NCBI GenBank assembly: GCA_006844605.1
Contig: SPJN01000003.1
Location: 120,019-184,018 of the forward strand
Length of the DNA stretch: 64,000 bases
Origin: Hyphomicrobiales bacterium
GTDB taxonomy: Bacteria; Pseudomonadota; Alphaproteobacteria; SPJN01
Reading direction: 5' to 3'
The translations under genes and the position numbers were made by a program. Within the stretch, counting starts at the first letter, position 1; every line of letters starts with the position of its first letter. Below are positions 52,526 to 61,955 of the stretch, piece by piece. Under the pieces are notes generated by a model. It did not search any database. It was not told where the DNA came from and saw only the letters and a list, made by a program, of their open reading frames with translations.

Positions 52526-53351
52526 CAGAATCCAAACGCCCCATTACATTAGACTGCGCGGCAACATCTGCCGTCAAAATTTCGGGTCGCTCAAATTCAA
52601 TCGCTACCTTCATGGTACGGCCCTGATCATCCGTTAGATCAGAAAGGCCGCGATATCCAACCAGCGCACCGGTCTGGCGATTGTACATCACTTGTGTGTC
52701 GGGCACCACCAGCCGTGCCAATAGATTTGTCGGACGCATAGATACCAGTAGAACCGCTGGATCATCAGACTGTTTTGCGGCGGCCTCAAACTCAACTGCG
52801 CGGCAAGCCTTTGGGACCAGCAGGTCAAAACGCAGCTTATTGCCCTGTGCCAATTCTGGCAGGCTTTTCTGCAAATGCTGGTTAAACCCGGCGTCAACAA
52901 TATGACCGCTTCGAGCCGAAAATGTTTCGCCGCAGCCTTGTTTTTCACCCTTTGCCCGATGAAAAAGTGTACCAATAGACCCGGCGTCATCGGCCGCAAC
53001 GAACCCTTCCTGATAACCGGTTTTCATATTTTCGCGGTGAAAAAACGGTGCCGCTGTCCCATTCGAAAATGTCAGCTTCTTGGTCGCCCAAATATTGCCT
53101 GCCGGGTCATGATACATAACCTCAGCCATCTGGGGGCTGCCATCACGCTCTACATATGTATGCCGTTCTGTGTAAAGCGTTTCGCCCGTCGTCAAATCGG
53201 TCGCATGACTTTTGAAGATCACAGTACGGCTGCCACCATAATCTTGCCCATCCGCGAAAGCAGAACTAACGGATAGCAGCGCCATGCCAGCGGCGGCCCC
53301 CAACAGGGACAGGCCAAGCCGCAATTTTTTGTGTGCCAATGCAATAATCAT
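52500..53351 (-). CDS. hypothetical exported protein, beta-rich
   Basis: ATG 53351 coupled (ATGA) to the upstream methylase stop; signal peptide ending SAFA; LY.E.H, VDAGF, Y.GLS motifs. Confidence 0.75.
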   Translation of the reverse strand: MIIALAHKKLRLGLSLLGAAAGMALLSVSSAFADGQDYGGSRTVIFKSHATDLTTGETLYTERHTYVERDGSPQMAEVMYHDPAGNIWATKKLTFSNGTAAPFFHRENMKTGYQEGFVAADDAGSIGTLFHRAKGEKQGCGETFSARSGHIVDAGFNQHLQKSLPELAQGNKLRFDLLVPKACRAVEFEAAAKQSDDPAVLLVSMRPTNLLARLVVPDTQVMYNRQTGALVGYRGLSDLTDDQGRTMKVAIEFERPEILTADVAAQSNVMGRLDSGEQGNEQD

Positions 53352-54373
53352 GAATTTGGTCTCAACATAAAGTGACCGACACCCCATTCGGTGCCATCGG
53401 CATAGCCGAACAGTTCCGCACTGGACATCAGGAAAATCCGCCACCGTTGAATACGGCGCTGGGCGTCTTTCTTGCTTTCGCCATAATGGGTCATGAACAG
53501 GTCCGTCACGACCTTGCGGCGCGCATCAAGCAGGTCGCACCAGTCTTCCAAAGTGCGCTCATAATGGGTGCCGTTAATCCACCATTTACGCTCAACACTT
53601 AATGCCGGGGCGCTTTGTTCAAAAATGTCAAAGCTGGGCATGATACCGCCGGTAAAAAAGTTCTCTGCCATCCAGTCGGTTTCGCCTTCTACCTCAAACA
53701 GATAGGGCAAGTTGCGGTGACAGAAAATGTGAATGAAGGCGCGCCCATCATTACGCAACCACTGACGCACATTTGTCGTCAACGCCGCGTAGTTCCGCAT
53801 ATGCTCAAACATCTCAACAGACACAATACGATCAAATTGCTTGTCCATCGAAAGTGTGCCGACATTGGCGGTGATAACATTGACATTCTTCAGGCCACGC
53901 AGATCGGCACGGCGCATAATATGACACCGTTGCGAGTTCGAATTTGAAACAGCTGTAATCTTGGCGTTGGGAAACTGTTCCGCCATATACAGCGTCAATG
54001 ACCCCCAGCCACAACCCAATTCAAGAACATCTTGTCCATCAGCAAGTTCCGCGCGCTGGCATGTCAGCGCCAACATGGCGTCCTCTGCCATCGCAAGTGT
54101 TTCATTTCCACTTTCATAAAGGCAGGAAGAATATTTCAGGCGCGGGCCAAGCACCTGACGGAAAAAGTCATCCGGCACTTCGTAATGCTGGTTGTTTGCA
54201 TCATCTATATCTTCGGCGATCGGCCCTTTTGAAATGTAATCAAAAAAATCATCGCGACCATTACGCTTTTGTTCCTGATCCAACCGACGCCCGATCAGGT
54301 GGCGAATACCCATCCGCGTCATACCATCTGGAACAACGCCCCGTTCACACAGATCAATCAATTTGCCTTTCAT
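53348..54373 (-). CDS. cyclopropane-fatty-acyl synthase family SAM methyltransferase (short type)
   Basis: ANNQHYEVP, KYSSC, LELGCGWGSL, SVEMFEHMRNY, FFTGG.MP. Confidence 0.88.
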   Translation of the reverse strand: MKGKLIDLCERGVVPDGMTRMGIRHLIGRRLDQEQKRNGRDDFFDYISKGPIAEDIDDANNQHYEVPDDFFRQVLGPRLKYSSCLYESGNETLAMAEDAMLALTCQRAELADGQDVLELGCGWGSLTLYMAEQFPNAKITAVSNSNSQRCHIMRRADLRGLKNVNVITANVGTLSMDKQFDRIVSVEMFEHMRNYAALTTNVRQWLRNDGRAFIHIFCHRNLPYLFEVEGETDWMAENFFTGGIMPSFDIFEQSAPALSVERKWWINGTHYERTLEDWCDLLDARRKVVTDLFMTHYGESKKDAQRRIQRWRIFLMSSAELFGYADGTEWGVGHFMLRPNS

Positions 54374-54422
54374 AGTGCCAATCCTTTTGCTGCCAACACG
54401 CCTCATCCGCGATTACCAAGGT

Positions 54423-54448
54423 TACGGCGCAGCCAAAAAGTCGGATCA
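54423..54448 (-). promoter_or_regulatory. RpoE (ECF11) promoter
   Basis: Minus strand TGATCC (54448-54443)-N16-CGTA (54426-54423). Confidence 0.75.
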
Positions 54449-54460
54449 CAATTTTTTAGG

Positions 54461-54487
54461 TGATCCACCAACACCCCATGATGCGTA
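54461..54487 (+). promoter_or_regulatory. RpoE (ECF11) promoter
   Basis: TGATCC (54461-54466)-N17-CGTA (54484-54487). Confidence 0.78.
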
Positions 54488-54526
54488 TGCCTTTCAAACG
54501 CGATATCGAACGCGACGGAGGATTAC

Positions 54527-55933
54527 ATGCGCATTTTGACAAACCCCATTGGCCCCATTGGCCCCACTGGCCCCACCACGCATCAAGGCACCCGGGTAGC
54601 CGTTATTGGTGCAGGCATTAGCGGGCTTAGCGCCGCCTATGGCCTTCATCAGGGCGGTGCCAATGTTACACTGTTTGAAAGTGGCGATCGTTTGGGTGGC
54701 CATGCCAATACTGTGGACGCACAATTGTCAGGCGGCCAATCAATCAGCGTTGATACCGGCTTTATCGTCTATAATGAATTGAATTACCCCAACCTTGTTG
54801 GCCTGTTTGAAGAAATCGGTGTTGAAACCGCGCCTTCCGACATGTCCTTTGCCGCCTCTTTCAACAATGGGCAGTTCGAATATTCAGGAAGCGGCGCTGC
54901 CGGGCTTTTGGCCCGTCGGCGAAATGTCACCTCTCCCATTTTCTGGTCCATGATGACGGATCTAATCCGCTTCTACCGAACAGCGCCCCAATTGTTTGAG
55001 CACGCCGCGGCAAAGGACATGACCTTGGGCGCGTTTATGAAGGCGCACCGGTTCGGCCCCGCCTTCACGCAATATCACTTGTTACCGATGGCGGCTGCCA
55101 TTTGGTCATCCCCCATGATGGCGATGGAAGATTATCCGGTGGAAACCTTTTTGCGGTTTTTTTGTAATCATGGCCTACTGTCATTGGGCGACAGGCCGCC
55201 TTGGCGCACAGTCAAAAATGGCTCGCGTAACTATGTCTCAAAAATCGCGCAACATATCGGTACCGACATACGCCTGAACAGCCAGATCAAAACCATCCAA
55301 CGGTGTAATCGCGGCGTGAATATCGTTTACGCTGACGGCAGTAGTGAACGGTTTGACGCCTGCATTTTGGCTACCGCAGCACCCCAGGCGCTGGATCTTA
55401 TCGCCGACCCCACCGTTGCCGAACAGGCTGTATTGGGCGCGTTCAGCACGCACGCCAATGAAGTTGTGTTGCATCAGGACAGAAACTTCATGCCTCGCCG
55501 CAAGCGCGCTTGGGCCAGCTGGAACTATATCGCCCGCAACGGCGCAACAATTGCCCAACAGCCCGGTGCCATGCCCTGCCTGACATACTGGATGAACAAT
55601 TTGCAGCCGCTGCCCACCGATCAGGATGTGTTCGTGACCCTGAACCCCGATCAACCACTTGATGACAGTAAGGTGCTGGGCCGGTTCTCATACAATCACC
55701 CGGCATTCGACCGGGCGGCCATTACCGCCCAAACCCATATGCCTGCAATTCAGGGCAAGGATGGCCTGTGGTTCGCGGGCGCATGGATGGGGTACGGCTT
55801 TCATGAAGATGGCGCTGAATCCGGCTTTGCCGTTGCCGAAGCCCTGACAAGCTGGCGTCGCCCCTGGTCATTTGACTCGGCCAAGGCACGTATTCCCGGC
55901 AATGTTTTGGCACAGGAGCCTGCAGCAGCCTGA
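54527..55933 (+). CDS. FAD-dependent oxidoreductase, UfaD/RSP1091-like
   Basis: GAGISG, RLGGH, VDTGFIVYN..YP, F..NHGL, WASWN, YGFHEDG. Confidence 0.88.
   Translation: MRILTNPIGPIGPTGPTTHQGTRVAVIGAGISGLSAAYGLHQGGANVTLFESGDRLGGHANTVDAQLSGGQSISVDTGFIVYNELNYPNLVGLFEEIGVETAPSDMSFAASFNNGQFEYSGSGAAGLLARRRNVTSPIFWSMMTDLIRFYRTAPQLFEHAAAKDMTLGAFMKAHRFGPAFTQYHLLPMAAAIWSSPMMAMEDYPVETFLRFFCNHGLLSLGDRPPWRTVKNGSRNYVSKIAQHIGTDIRLNSQIKTIQRCNRGVNIVYADGSSERFDACILATAAPQALDLIADPTVAEQAVLGAFSTHANEVVLHQDRNFMPRRKRAWASWNYIARNGATIAQQPGAMPCLTYWMNNLQPLPTDQDVFVTLNPDQPLDDSKVLGRFSYNHPAFDRAAITAQTHMPAIQGKDGLWFAGAWMGYGFHEDGAESGFAVAEALTSWRRPWSFDSAKARIPGNVLAQEPAAA
54544..54577 (+). repeat. about 3.7 x 9-bp in-frame tandem repeat
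   Basis: CCCCATTGG CCCCATTGG CCCCACTGG CCCCACC, encoding PIG-PIG-PTG-PT. Confidence 0.8.
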
Positions 55934-56679
55934 TGCGCGCGCGCCATTTATATCATACGCGCGTCCATCACAGACGCCTGATCAAGCCGCTGCACAAGTT
56001 AAGCTACCGCGTGGCCTATTTGGCTTTTGACCTCAACGATCGTGTGGCGCTCAACAAGGCCCTGAAACGGACCCCTTATAGTGTGCAGGCGCAAGATTAT
56101 GGTTTTGATAATTGGCAGATGGTCAGTCAAACAATACGCCAACGCGCCCTGAAAACATCACCCGAAGCGACCGGGGCCATCACCCTGATCACCCTGCCGC
56201 GTCTTTTCGGCAGGGGATTCAATCCAATCAGCCTATTTCTGGTGCATGACAGCGACGACCAGCCGGTCAGTATTATTTATGATGTGCGCAACACGTTCGG
56301 GCATCGGCATTATTATGCAGCCGCGCTTAATGGCGGACGTCACGACATGGCCAAACAAATGCATGTTTCACCGTTTCTGGATAATGAGGGTCATTACCGC
56401 TTTAACTTTCAAATGACTGAGGAACGGCTTCACCTTGGCATAACCAAAATCGGCAATACAGGCGCTGAGCTTTATGCCCGTATGGTCGGCACCCCTGCCC
56501 CCCTATCACGGACACAATTATGGCGCACGGCCCTGACCATGCCATTTCAGGGGATCGGAATACTTGTTGGCATACATTGGGAAGCCATGAAACTTTGGGC
56601 CAAGGGCGCGCATTATCACCCCTATAAACAACCTGATGATGGGCCTATGATCGACACGCCCACGCCCCAGCGGCACTAA
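55933..56679 (+). CDS. DUF1365 protein, UfaO/RSP1090-like
   Basis: HRR..P..H...Y, FNPIS, V.NTFG.RH.Y, K.MHVSPF, IHWEA.KLW.KG. Confidence 0.9.
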   Translation: MRARHLYHTRVHHRRLIKPLHKLSYRVAYLAFDLNDRVALNKALKRTPYSVQAQDYGFDNWQMVSQTIRQRALKTSPEATGAITLITLPRLFGRGFNPISLFLVHDSDDQPVSIIYDVRNTFGHRHYYAAALNGGRHDMAKQMHVSPFLDNEGHYRFNFQMTEERLHLGITKIGNTGAELYARMVGTPAPLSRTQLWRTALTMPFQGIGILVGIHWEAMKLWAKGAHYHPYKQPDDGPMIDTPTPQRH

Positions 56680-56691
56680 AAAGGATAATCT

Positions 56692-57477
56692 ATGACCGAC
56701 CTTGTTTTATTTAGCCTTCTTCTGGCCTTCATACCCTTTTTCATGCTGTGGCTGCTTTCGATCAAACTGAAAGACGCCTCTATCGTGGATATTTATTGGG
56801 GACCCAGCTTTGGCGTCACCGCGCTGATCACACTTGGCGTGGCTCTGGCCAACGGCATCGCCCTTTCGCCCCTGTCATGGTTGGCTGTTGGCCTGACCGT
56901 TTTATGGGGCGGCCGACTGGGCATCTATCTGTGGATACGTAATGTTGGGCATGGCGAAGACTGGCGCTATCAGAACATGCGCGCCAATCGTCCCGGTAAA
57001 TTCGTGGGGTGGAGCCTGTATGGCGTCTTTGGCCTGCAATGGGGCGTGATGGCAATTGTGTCATTGCCCGTTGTCGTCACGATCATAAGCGGTGGCAATA
57101 TCAATTTATTGGCCGGACTGGGCATCGTGGTATTCGCCATCGGCTTTTTGTTTGAAGCGATTGGCGACTATCAACTGACCGCGTTCAAAAATGATCCGAC
57201 CAATAGCGGTAAGGTGATGAACCGTGGCCTGTGGGCATGGACCCGGCACCCCAACTATTTCGGGAATGCTGCCCTGTGGTGGGGGCTTGGGTTGATCGCG
57301 GTCACTGCAGGCCATTGGTGGACATTGGTCGGCCCGGCAGTCATGACCTATTTTCTAGTCAATATTTCTGGCAAGGCGATGTTGGAACGCAAGTTGACCA
57401 AAACACGCGAAGGGTATGAAGACTATCTAACGCAAACCAGCGGCTTCTTCCCACTGCCGCCAAAGAAAACCAGCTAA
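56692..57477 (+). CDS. DUF1295 membrane protein (steroid reductase-like)
   Basis: DASIVD..W, ED.RY, D.QL..FK, GLW.WTRHPNYFG, TS.FFP.PP. Confidence 0.9.
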   Translation: MTDLVLFSLLLAFIPFFMLWLLSIKLKDASIVDIYWGPSFGVTALITLGVALANGIALSPLSWLAVGLTVLWGGRLGIYLWIRNVGHGEDWRYQNMRANRPGKFVGWSLYGVFGLQWGVMAIVSLPVVVTIISGGNINLLAGLGIVVFAIGFLFEAIGDYQLTAFKNDPTNSGKVMNRGLWAWTRHPNYFGNAALWWGLGLIAVTAGHWWTLVGPAVMTYFLVNISGKAMLERKLTKTREGYEDYLTQTSGFFPLPPKKTS

Positions 57478-57502
57478 CCGCCGCGACGTACAGTCAAACG
57501 CC

Positions 57503-58369
57503 CTAAAGCGCGTCTATAGGCAACTTCATATAGCGTACGCCATTATCTTCTGCCGGGGGTAGCTCCCCGGCACGAATATTCACCTGAATTGATGGCAGGA
57601 TCAGGTTCGGCATACCCAGCGTGGCGTCGCGCGCCTCTCGCATTTTAATATAGGCCGCCTCATCCTTCCCTGCGCCGACATGAATATTTGCCTCACGCTC
57701 TGCCTTGACCGTGGTTGTATAGGCAATCTCGCGCTTTCCATCAGCGCCATAATCATGACACAGGAAAATTCGCGTTTCATCCGGCAATGCCAAAATCTTC
57801 TGTGTGGATTGAAACAGCGTATGGGCATCCCCGCCGGGAAAATCGGCGCGCGCGGTTCCCGCATCCGGCATAAACAATGTGTCGCCAACAAAGGCCGCAT
57901 CACCCGCAATATAGCTTATGCAGGCAGGCGTATGCCCCGGCGTATGCATCACCAGAACTTTCAAGCCGCCGATCATGAACGTGTCAGCATCATTGAACAA
58001 ATGATCAAATTGCGACCCGTCAGGCAGGAAAGATTTTTCCAGATTAAACACATCGCGAAAGATTGTTTGCACATCCTTGATATGCTCGCCAATCGCTGTC
58101 TTCCCGCCCAGATTTTTCTTCAAATAGGGCGCGGCGGTCAGATGGTCCGCATGAGCGTGCGTTTCCAATATCCACTCAACCTCAAGCCCATGTTTTTTTA
58201 CGTGCGCAATGATCTCATCAGCACTTTCAGTATTTGTGCGTCCTGATTTGGGGTCAAAATCCAACACTGAATCGATTATGGCAGCCTTGTTACTATCCGG
58301 GTCCTGCACGATATAGCTGGCCGTAAAGGTCGCCTCGTCAAAAAAGCTGATGACTGTTGGCTGTTGCAT
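57503..58369 (-). CDS. MBL-fold persulfide (sulfur) dioxygenase, Blh/ETHE1-like
   Basis: ETHAHADH, TPGHT, GDTLF, ARADFPGG, CHDY, R..RD. Confidence 0.88.
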   Translation of the reverse strand: MQQPTVISFFDEATFTASYIVQDPDSNKAAIIDSVLDFDPKSGRTNTESADEIIAHVKKHGLEVEWILETHAHADHLTAAPYLKKNLGGKTAIGEHIKDVQTIFRDVFNLEKSFLPDGSQFDHLFNDADTFMIGGLKVLVMHTPGHTPACISYIAGDAAFVGDTLFMPDAGTARADFPGGDAHTLFQSTQKILALPDETRIFLCHDYGADGKREIAYTTTVKAEREANIHVGAGKDEAAYIKMREARDATLGMPNLILPSIQVNIRAGELPPAEDNGVRYMKLPIDAL

Positions 58370-58443
58370 GGGTTACTCCCAGATCTGGTACGCGGCACAC
58401 GATTATCGCCACAAATATTGCCGCGATCAGGCTGGCCTATTGC

Positions 58444-58477
58444 TTGACAATATATACGAACTTCCGTATATATTCAA
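58444..58477. promoter_or_regulatory. TTGACA promoter overlapped by a perfect 10-6-10 inverted repeat (probable BigR/SqrR operator)
   Basis: AATATATACG-AACTTC-CGTATATATT (58449-58474) between the divergent dioxygenase and ArsR genes. Confidence 0.75.
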
Positions 58478-58479
58478 GT

Positions 58480-58779
58480 ATGAAGATGAATATTGATGAT
58501 ATGAAGCAAGCCGCCGCCGAAGCGGCGACCTTGATGCAGGCGTTAAGCAATCAAAATAGATTGCTATTATTGTGCGCCCTTGTTGACGGCGAACAATCTG
58601 TTGGCGCGCTGGCCGATCTGTTGAACTTGCGCCAAACCAGCGTGTCGCAACAACTGGCCCTGTTGCGCAAGGACGGCTTTGTCAAAACAAGGCGCGAGGG
58701 GCAAACCATTTTTTACAGCCTTGATGGGGACGAGGCATCGCAGATCATCGAAATTCTGAACAAACTTTACTGTCATTGA
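58480..58779 (+). CDS. ArsR/SmtB regulator of BigR/SqrR type
   Basis: RLLLLC.L, VSQQLA.LR, RR.GQ.I.Y, C-terminal LYC (two-cysteine signature). Confidence 0.88.
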   Translation: MKMNIDDMKQAAAEAATLMQALSNQNRLLLLCALVDGEQSVGALADLLNLRQTSVSQQLALLRKDGFVKTRREGQTIFYSLDGDEASQIIEILNKLYCH

Positions 58780-58785
58780 TGGCCT

Positions 58786-60531
58786 ATGGCAGATCGGCTG
58801 CAAAAACTACTTCCCGCTCTTGATTGGATAAGGCCTTATGATCGCCCAACGGCAATTGCGGACCTGACAGCCGGTACAATCACGGCCATTTTGTTGGTGC
58901 CGCAGGCAATGGCCTATGCCCAGCTTGCCGGATTGCCGCCTGAAGTTGGGCTTTATTCTTCCATACTACCTATTCTGCTTTACGCCTTTTTCGGCACCAG
59001 CCGCACGCTTGCTGTTGGCCCGGTTGCGGTCGCAGCCCTGATGGTCGCCAGCGCGCTGGAGCCTGTCGCCATGCCCGGCAGTATTGACTATATCGCCGGG
59101 GCCATTTTCCTTGCTGTGGCATCCGGGTTGATTTTGTTTCTGATGGGGCTGGCCCGTCTGGGGATTGTGGCGACGCTGTTAAGTCACCCCGTCATGTCTG
59201 GGTTCACCAGCGCCGCCGCCATCGTCATCGCCGCCAGCCAATTCAAGCATATTCTGGGCCTGCAACTACCATCGGGGCTGCGCCTTGATGAACTGACAAT
59301 CGCCATCATCAGTCATGCAGGCGACGTCAATGTGGTCACACTACTATTTGGTTTAATGGGCATCGGGTTGCTGGTTTTCTTCCGCCAATACCTATCCAAT
59401 ATCCTTATCAAGCGGGGCCTATCGAAAGAAACCGCCAGCATATTATCACGGCTGGGCCCCCTATTGCTGGTGATGTCGCTAACCGGCCTATCCGCGTTTT
59501 ATCAGGTGGCAGACAGTGCCGGCGTTGCCATTGTCGGCACCATCCCAGAAGGCTTGCCCGACCTGACGATGCCAAACGTGGGCCTTGCAGCCGACCTGTT
59601 GGTGCCTGCATTGTTGATCGCACTGGTCGGGTTTGTCGAAAGTGTGGCAGTTGCAAAAGCCTTGGCAGCTAAACGGCGTGAGAAAATAGACGTCAATCAG
59701 GAATTGATCGGCCTTGGCCTTGCGAATATGGGCGCAGGTTTTACGGCGGGCGCGCCCGTGTCCGGCGGCTTCGCCCGGTCTGTCGTAAATTTTGAGGCAG
59801 GCGCGAAAACACAGGCCGCCGCAATCATAACCGCCCTGATCATCGTATTAACGGTTCTGGCCTTTACCCCCCTATTCTATCATCTGCCCCAAGCGGTCCT
59901 GTCTGCCATCATCGTTGTATCTGTTTTGACGTTGGTGGATTTCGGCGTTCTGAAACGGTGCTGGTCCTATGACAAGGCAGACGCCGCCGCATGGCTGATC
60001 ACTTTCGCAATGGTCCTCGCCACGGGGGTTGAGCTTGGCATCCTTGCCGGTATCGCCATTTCCATCGCATTGTTTTTGTGGCGTACATCACGCCCTCATA
60101 CCGCGATTGTCGGGCGCGTGCGCGACACCGAACATTTCCGAAATGTTTTACGGCACGATGTTGAAACCGCAGCGCATCTTGTTGCCATCCGCGTTGACGA
60201 AAGCCTGTATTTTGCAAACGCCGCCCATCTGGAACGTACCGTGTTGGATAAGGTTGCTGATAATCCAGCGTTAACGGATGTGCTGTTGATCTGTTCAGCG
60301 ATAAACGCCATTGATGGCAGCGCGCTTGAAACATTAGAAGCACTGCATGAAGAATTACACGGCGCGGGCGTTACCCTGTCATTGGCGGAAGTCAAAGGCC
60401 CGGTGATGGACCGGCTGGAGCGGACGGACTTTATCAACCATCTGGGGCGCATGAATATCTATCTTAGCGCCCATGATGCCTTTGCCGAAATTGTCGATGC
60501 ACGCAAAACGGACCTCGATTACTACATCTAG
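58786..60531 (+). CDS. SulP family anion permease with STAS domain
   Basis: PQAMAYA.LAGLP, GP, NQELI, RS..N..AG, LYFAN, ID.SA. Confidence 0.93.
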   Translation: MADRLQKLLPALDWIRPYDRPTAIADLTAGTITAILLVPQAMAYAQLAGLPPEVGLYSSILPILLYAFFGTSRTLAVGPVAVAALMVASALEPVAMPGSIDYIAGAIFLAVASGLILFLMGLARLGIVATLLSHPVMSGFTSAAAIVIAASQFKHILGLQLPSGLRLDELTIAIISHAGDVNVVTLLFGLMGIGLLVFFRQYLSNILIKRGLSKETASILSRLGPLLLVMSLTGLSAFYQVADSAGVAIVGTIPEGLPDLTMPNVGLAADLLVPALLIALVGFVESVAVAKALAAKRREKIDVNQELIGLGLANMGAGFTAGAPVSGGFARSVVNFEAGAKTQAAAIITALIIVLTVLAFTPLFYHLPQAVLSAIIVVSVLTLVDFGVLKRCWSYDKADAAAWLITFAMVLATGVELGILAGIAISIALFLWRTSRPHTAIVGRVRDTEHFRNVLRHDVETAAHLVAIRVDESLYFANAAHLERTVLDKVADNPALTDVLLICSAINAIDGSALETLEALHEELHGAGVTLSLAEVKGPVMDRLERTDFINHLGRMNIYLSAHDAFAEIVDARKTDLDYYI

Positions 60532-60575
60532 GCACAGTGCCGTTGCCAACGGATTATCAGAACTATCGGGAAAAA

Positions 60576-60651
<76 letters not shown>

Positions 60652-60765
60652 GCACCACCGTTTCGGGACGCTTCAACTAACACCGATTTCAGGTCTGCGC
60701 AACGGCAATTTCTTGAATAGTGATTGACAAAGCGCCGCGTCACATTGTGGATCAAATAAGCACCG

Positions 60766-61953
60766 CTACAGGATCACGCCCTCATTACGGCTAAGTTCAA
60801 CATCCCGATGCACATGGGCGTTCATCAACAGGCCCAGCCCCAACAATACGGTCAGCATGGCCGTGCCACCATAGGACACAAGGGGCAATGGCACGCCCAC
60901 CACCGGCATCAACCCGATGACCATTGCGATATTGACCAATACATAAAGGAAAAACATCGTGTTCAGGCCCGCCGCCATCAACCGGCCGAAATGATTTTTA
61001 ACACTGCCTGCCATGATCCAGCCAAGGCCGATCATCACAACATAAATCATCACCAGACCGCTTGCACCGAACAGGCCAAATTCTTCGGCCAGCACGGTAA
61101 AGATAAAGTCTGTCTGACTTTCCGGCAGAAACGATAGATGGCTTTGCGTGCCTTCCATCAGGCCCCGCCCCCACGTACCGCCCGACCCCAGCGCAATCTT
61201 GGACTGGGTGATGTGGTAGCCAGCCCCCAGCGGGTCGCGCGACGGATCCAAAAAGGTCATCACCCGTGCCTTTTGATAATCATGTAACTGCGTCCAGGCA
61301 AACGGCATGACTGCCGCCGCCCCTGCTGCCCCGAAAACGAACAGGCGTAGCGGCACCCCCGCCATAAACGCCACCGTCAACGCCCCCAGTGCAATCAACA
61401 ATGCAGTGCCAAGGTCAGGCTGGTTCAACACCAACAGAACCGGCGCTGCAATCAACAAAGCGGGAATTATCAGGCTTTTTATCGGCACCCCTTCGCGCGT
61501 GGGCAACGAATGGAAATAGCGCGCCAAGGCAAGGATGATGGCGATCTTCATCAACTCGCTGGGTTGCAGGGATACCCCCCCGATGTCGAGCCATCTTTGC
61601 GCCCCCATGCCGACACGGCCAAAAAGCTCAACCCCGATGAGTAAGAGCAACGTCCCGACATAGGCGGGATAGGCCAGCTTCATAATAAATCGAATGTCTA
61701 TCAGCGCGACACAAATGGCGATGAACAAGCCAACCGCAAACCGCTTCATTTGCGGCACGGCATAGGCGTTCAAATCACCGTCAGCGGCAGAAAAAAGCAG
61801 CAAAAAGCCGATGGCCGCAACCGCGCATATCAAACCGATATAGACGAAGCTTAAGCGCCAAATTTTGGCGAACACACCACCTGCGCGTTGAATGGACGGT
61901 ATGGTGCCATCTTCCCACGCCAGTGATGACAATCTGCGGGAGGCATTACCCAT
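60766..61953 (-). CDS. rodA: rod shape-determining protein RodA
   Basis: GAQRW, QPSE, QPDLGT, A.GSGG, LPE.QTDF, SYGGT. Confidence 0.96.
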   Translation of the reverse strand: MGNASRRLSSLAWEDGTIPSIQRAGGVFAKIWRLSFVYIGLICAVAAIGFLLLFSAADGDLNAYAVPQMKRFAVGLFIAICVALIDIRFIMKLAYPAYVGTLLLLIGVELFGRVGMGAQRWLDIGGVSLQPSELMKIAIILALARYFHSLPTREGVPIKSLIIPALLIAAPVLLVLNQPDLGTALLIALGALTVAFMAGVPLRLFVFGAAGAAAVMPFAWTQLHDYQKARVMTFLDPSRDPLGAGYHITQSKIALGSGGTWGRGLMEGTQSHLSFLPESQTDFIFTVLAEEFGLFGASGLVMIYVVMIGLGWIMAGSVKNHFGRLMAAGLNTMFFLYVLVNIAMVIGLMPVVGVPLPLVSYGGTAMLTVLLGLGLLMNAHVHRDVELSRNEGVIL

Positions 61954-61955
61954 CC

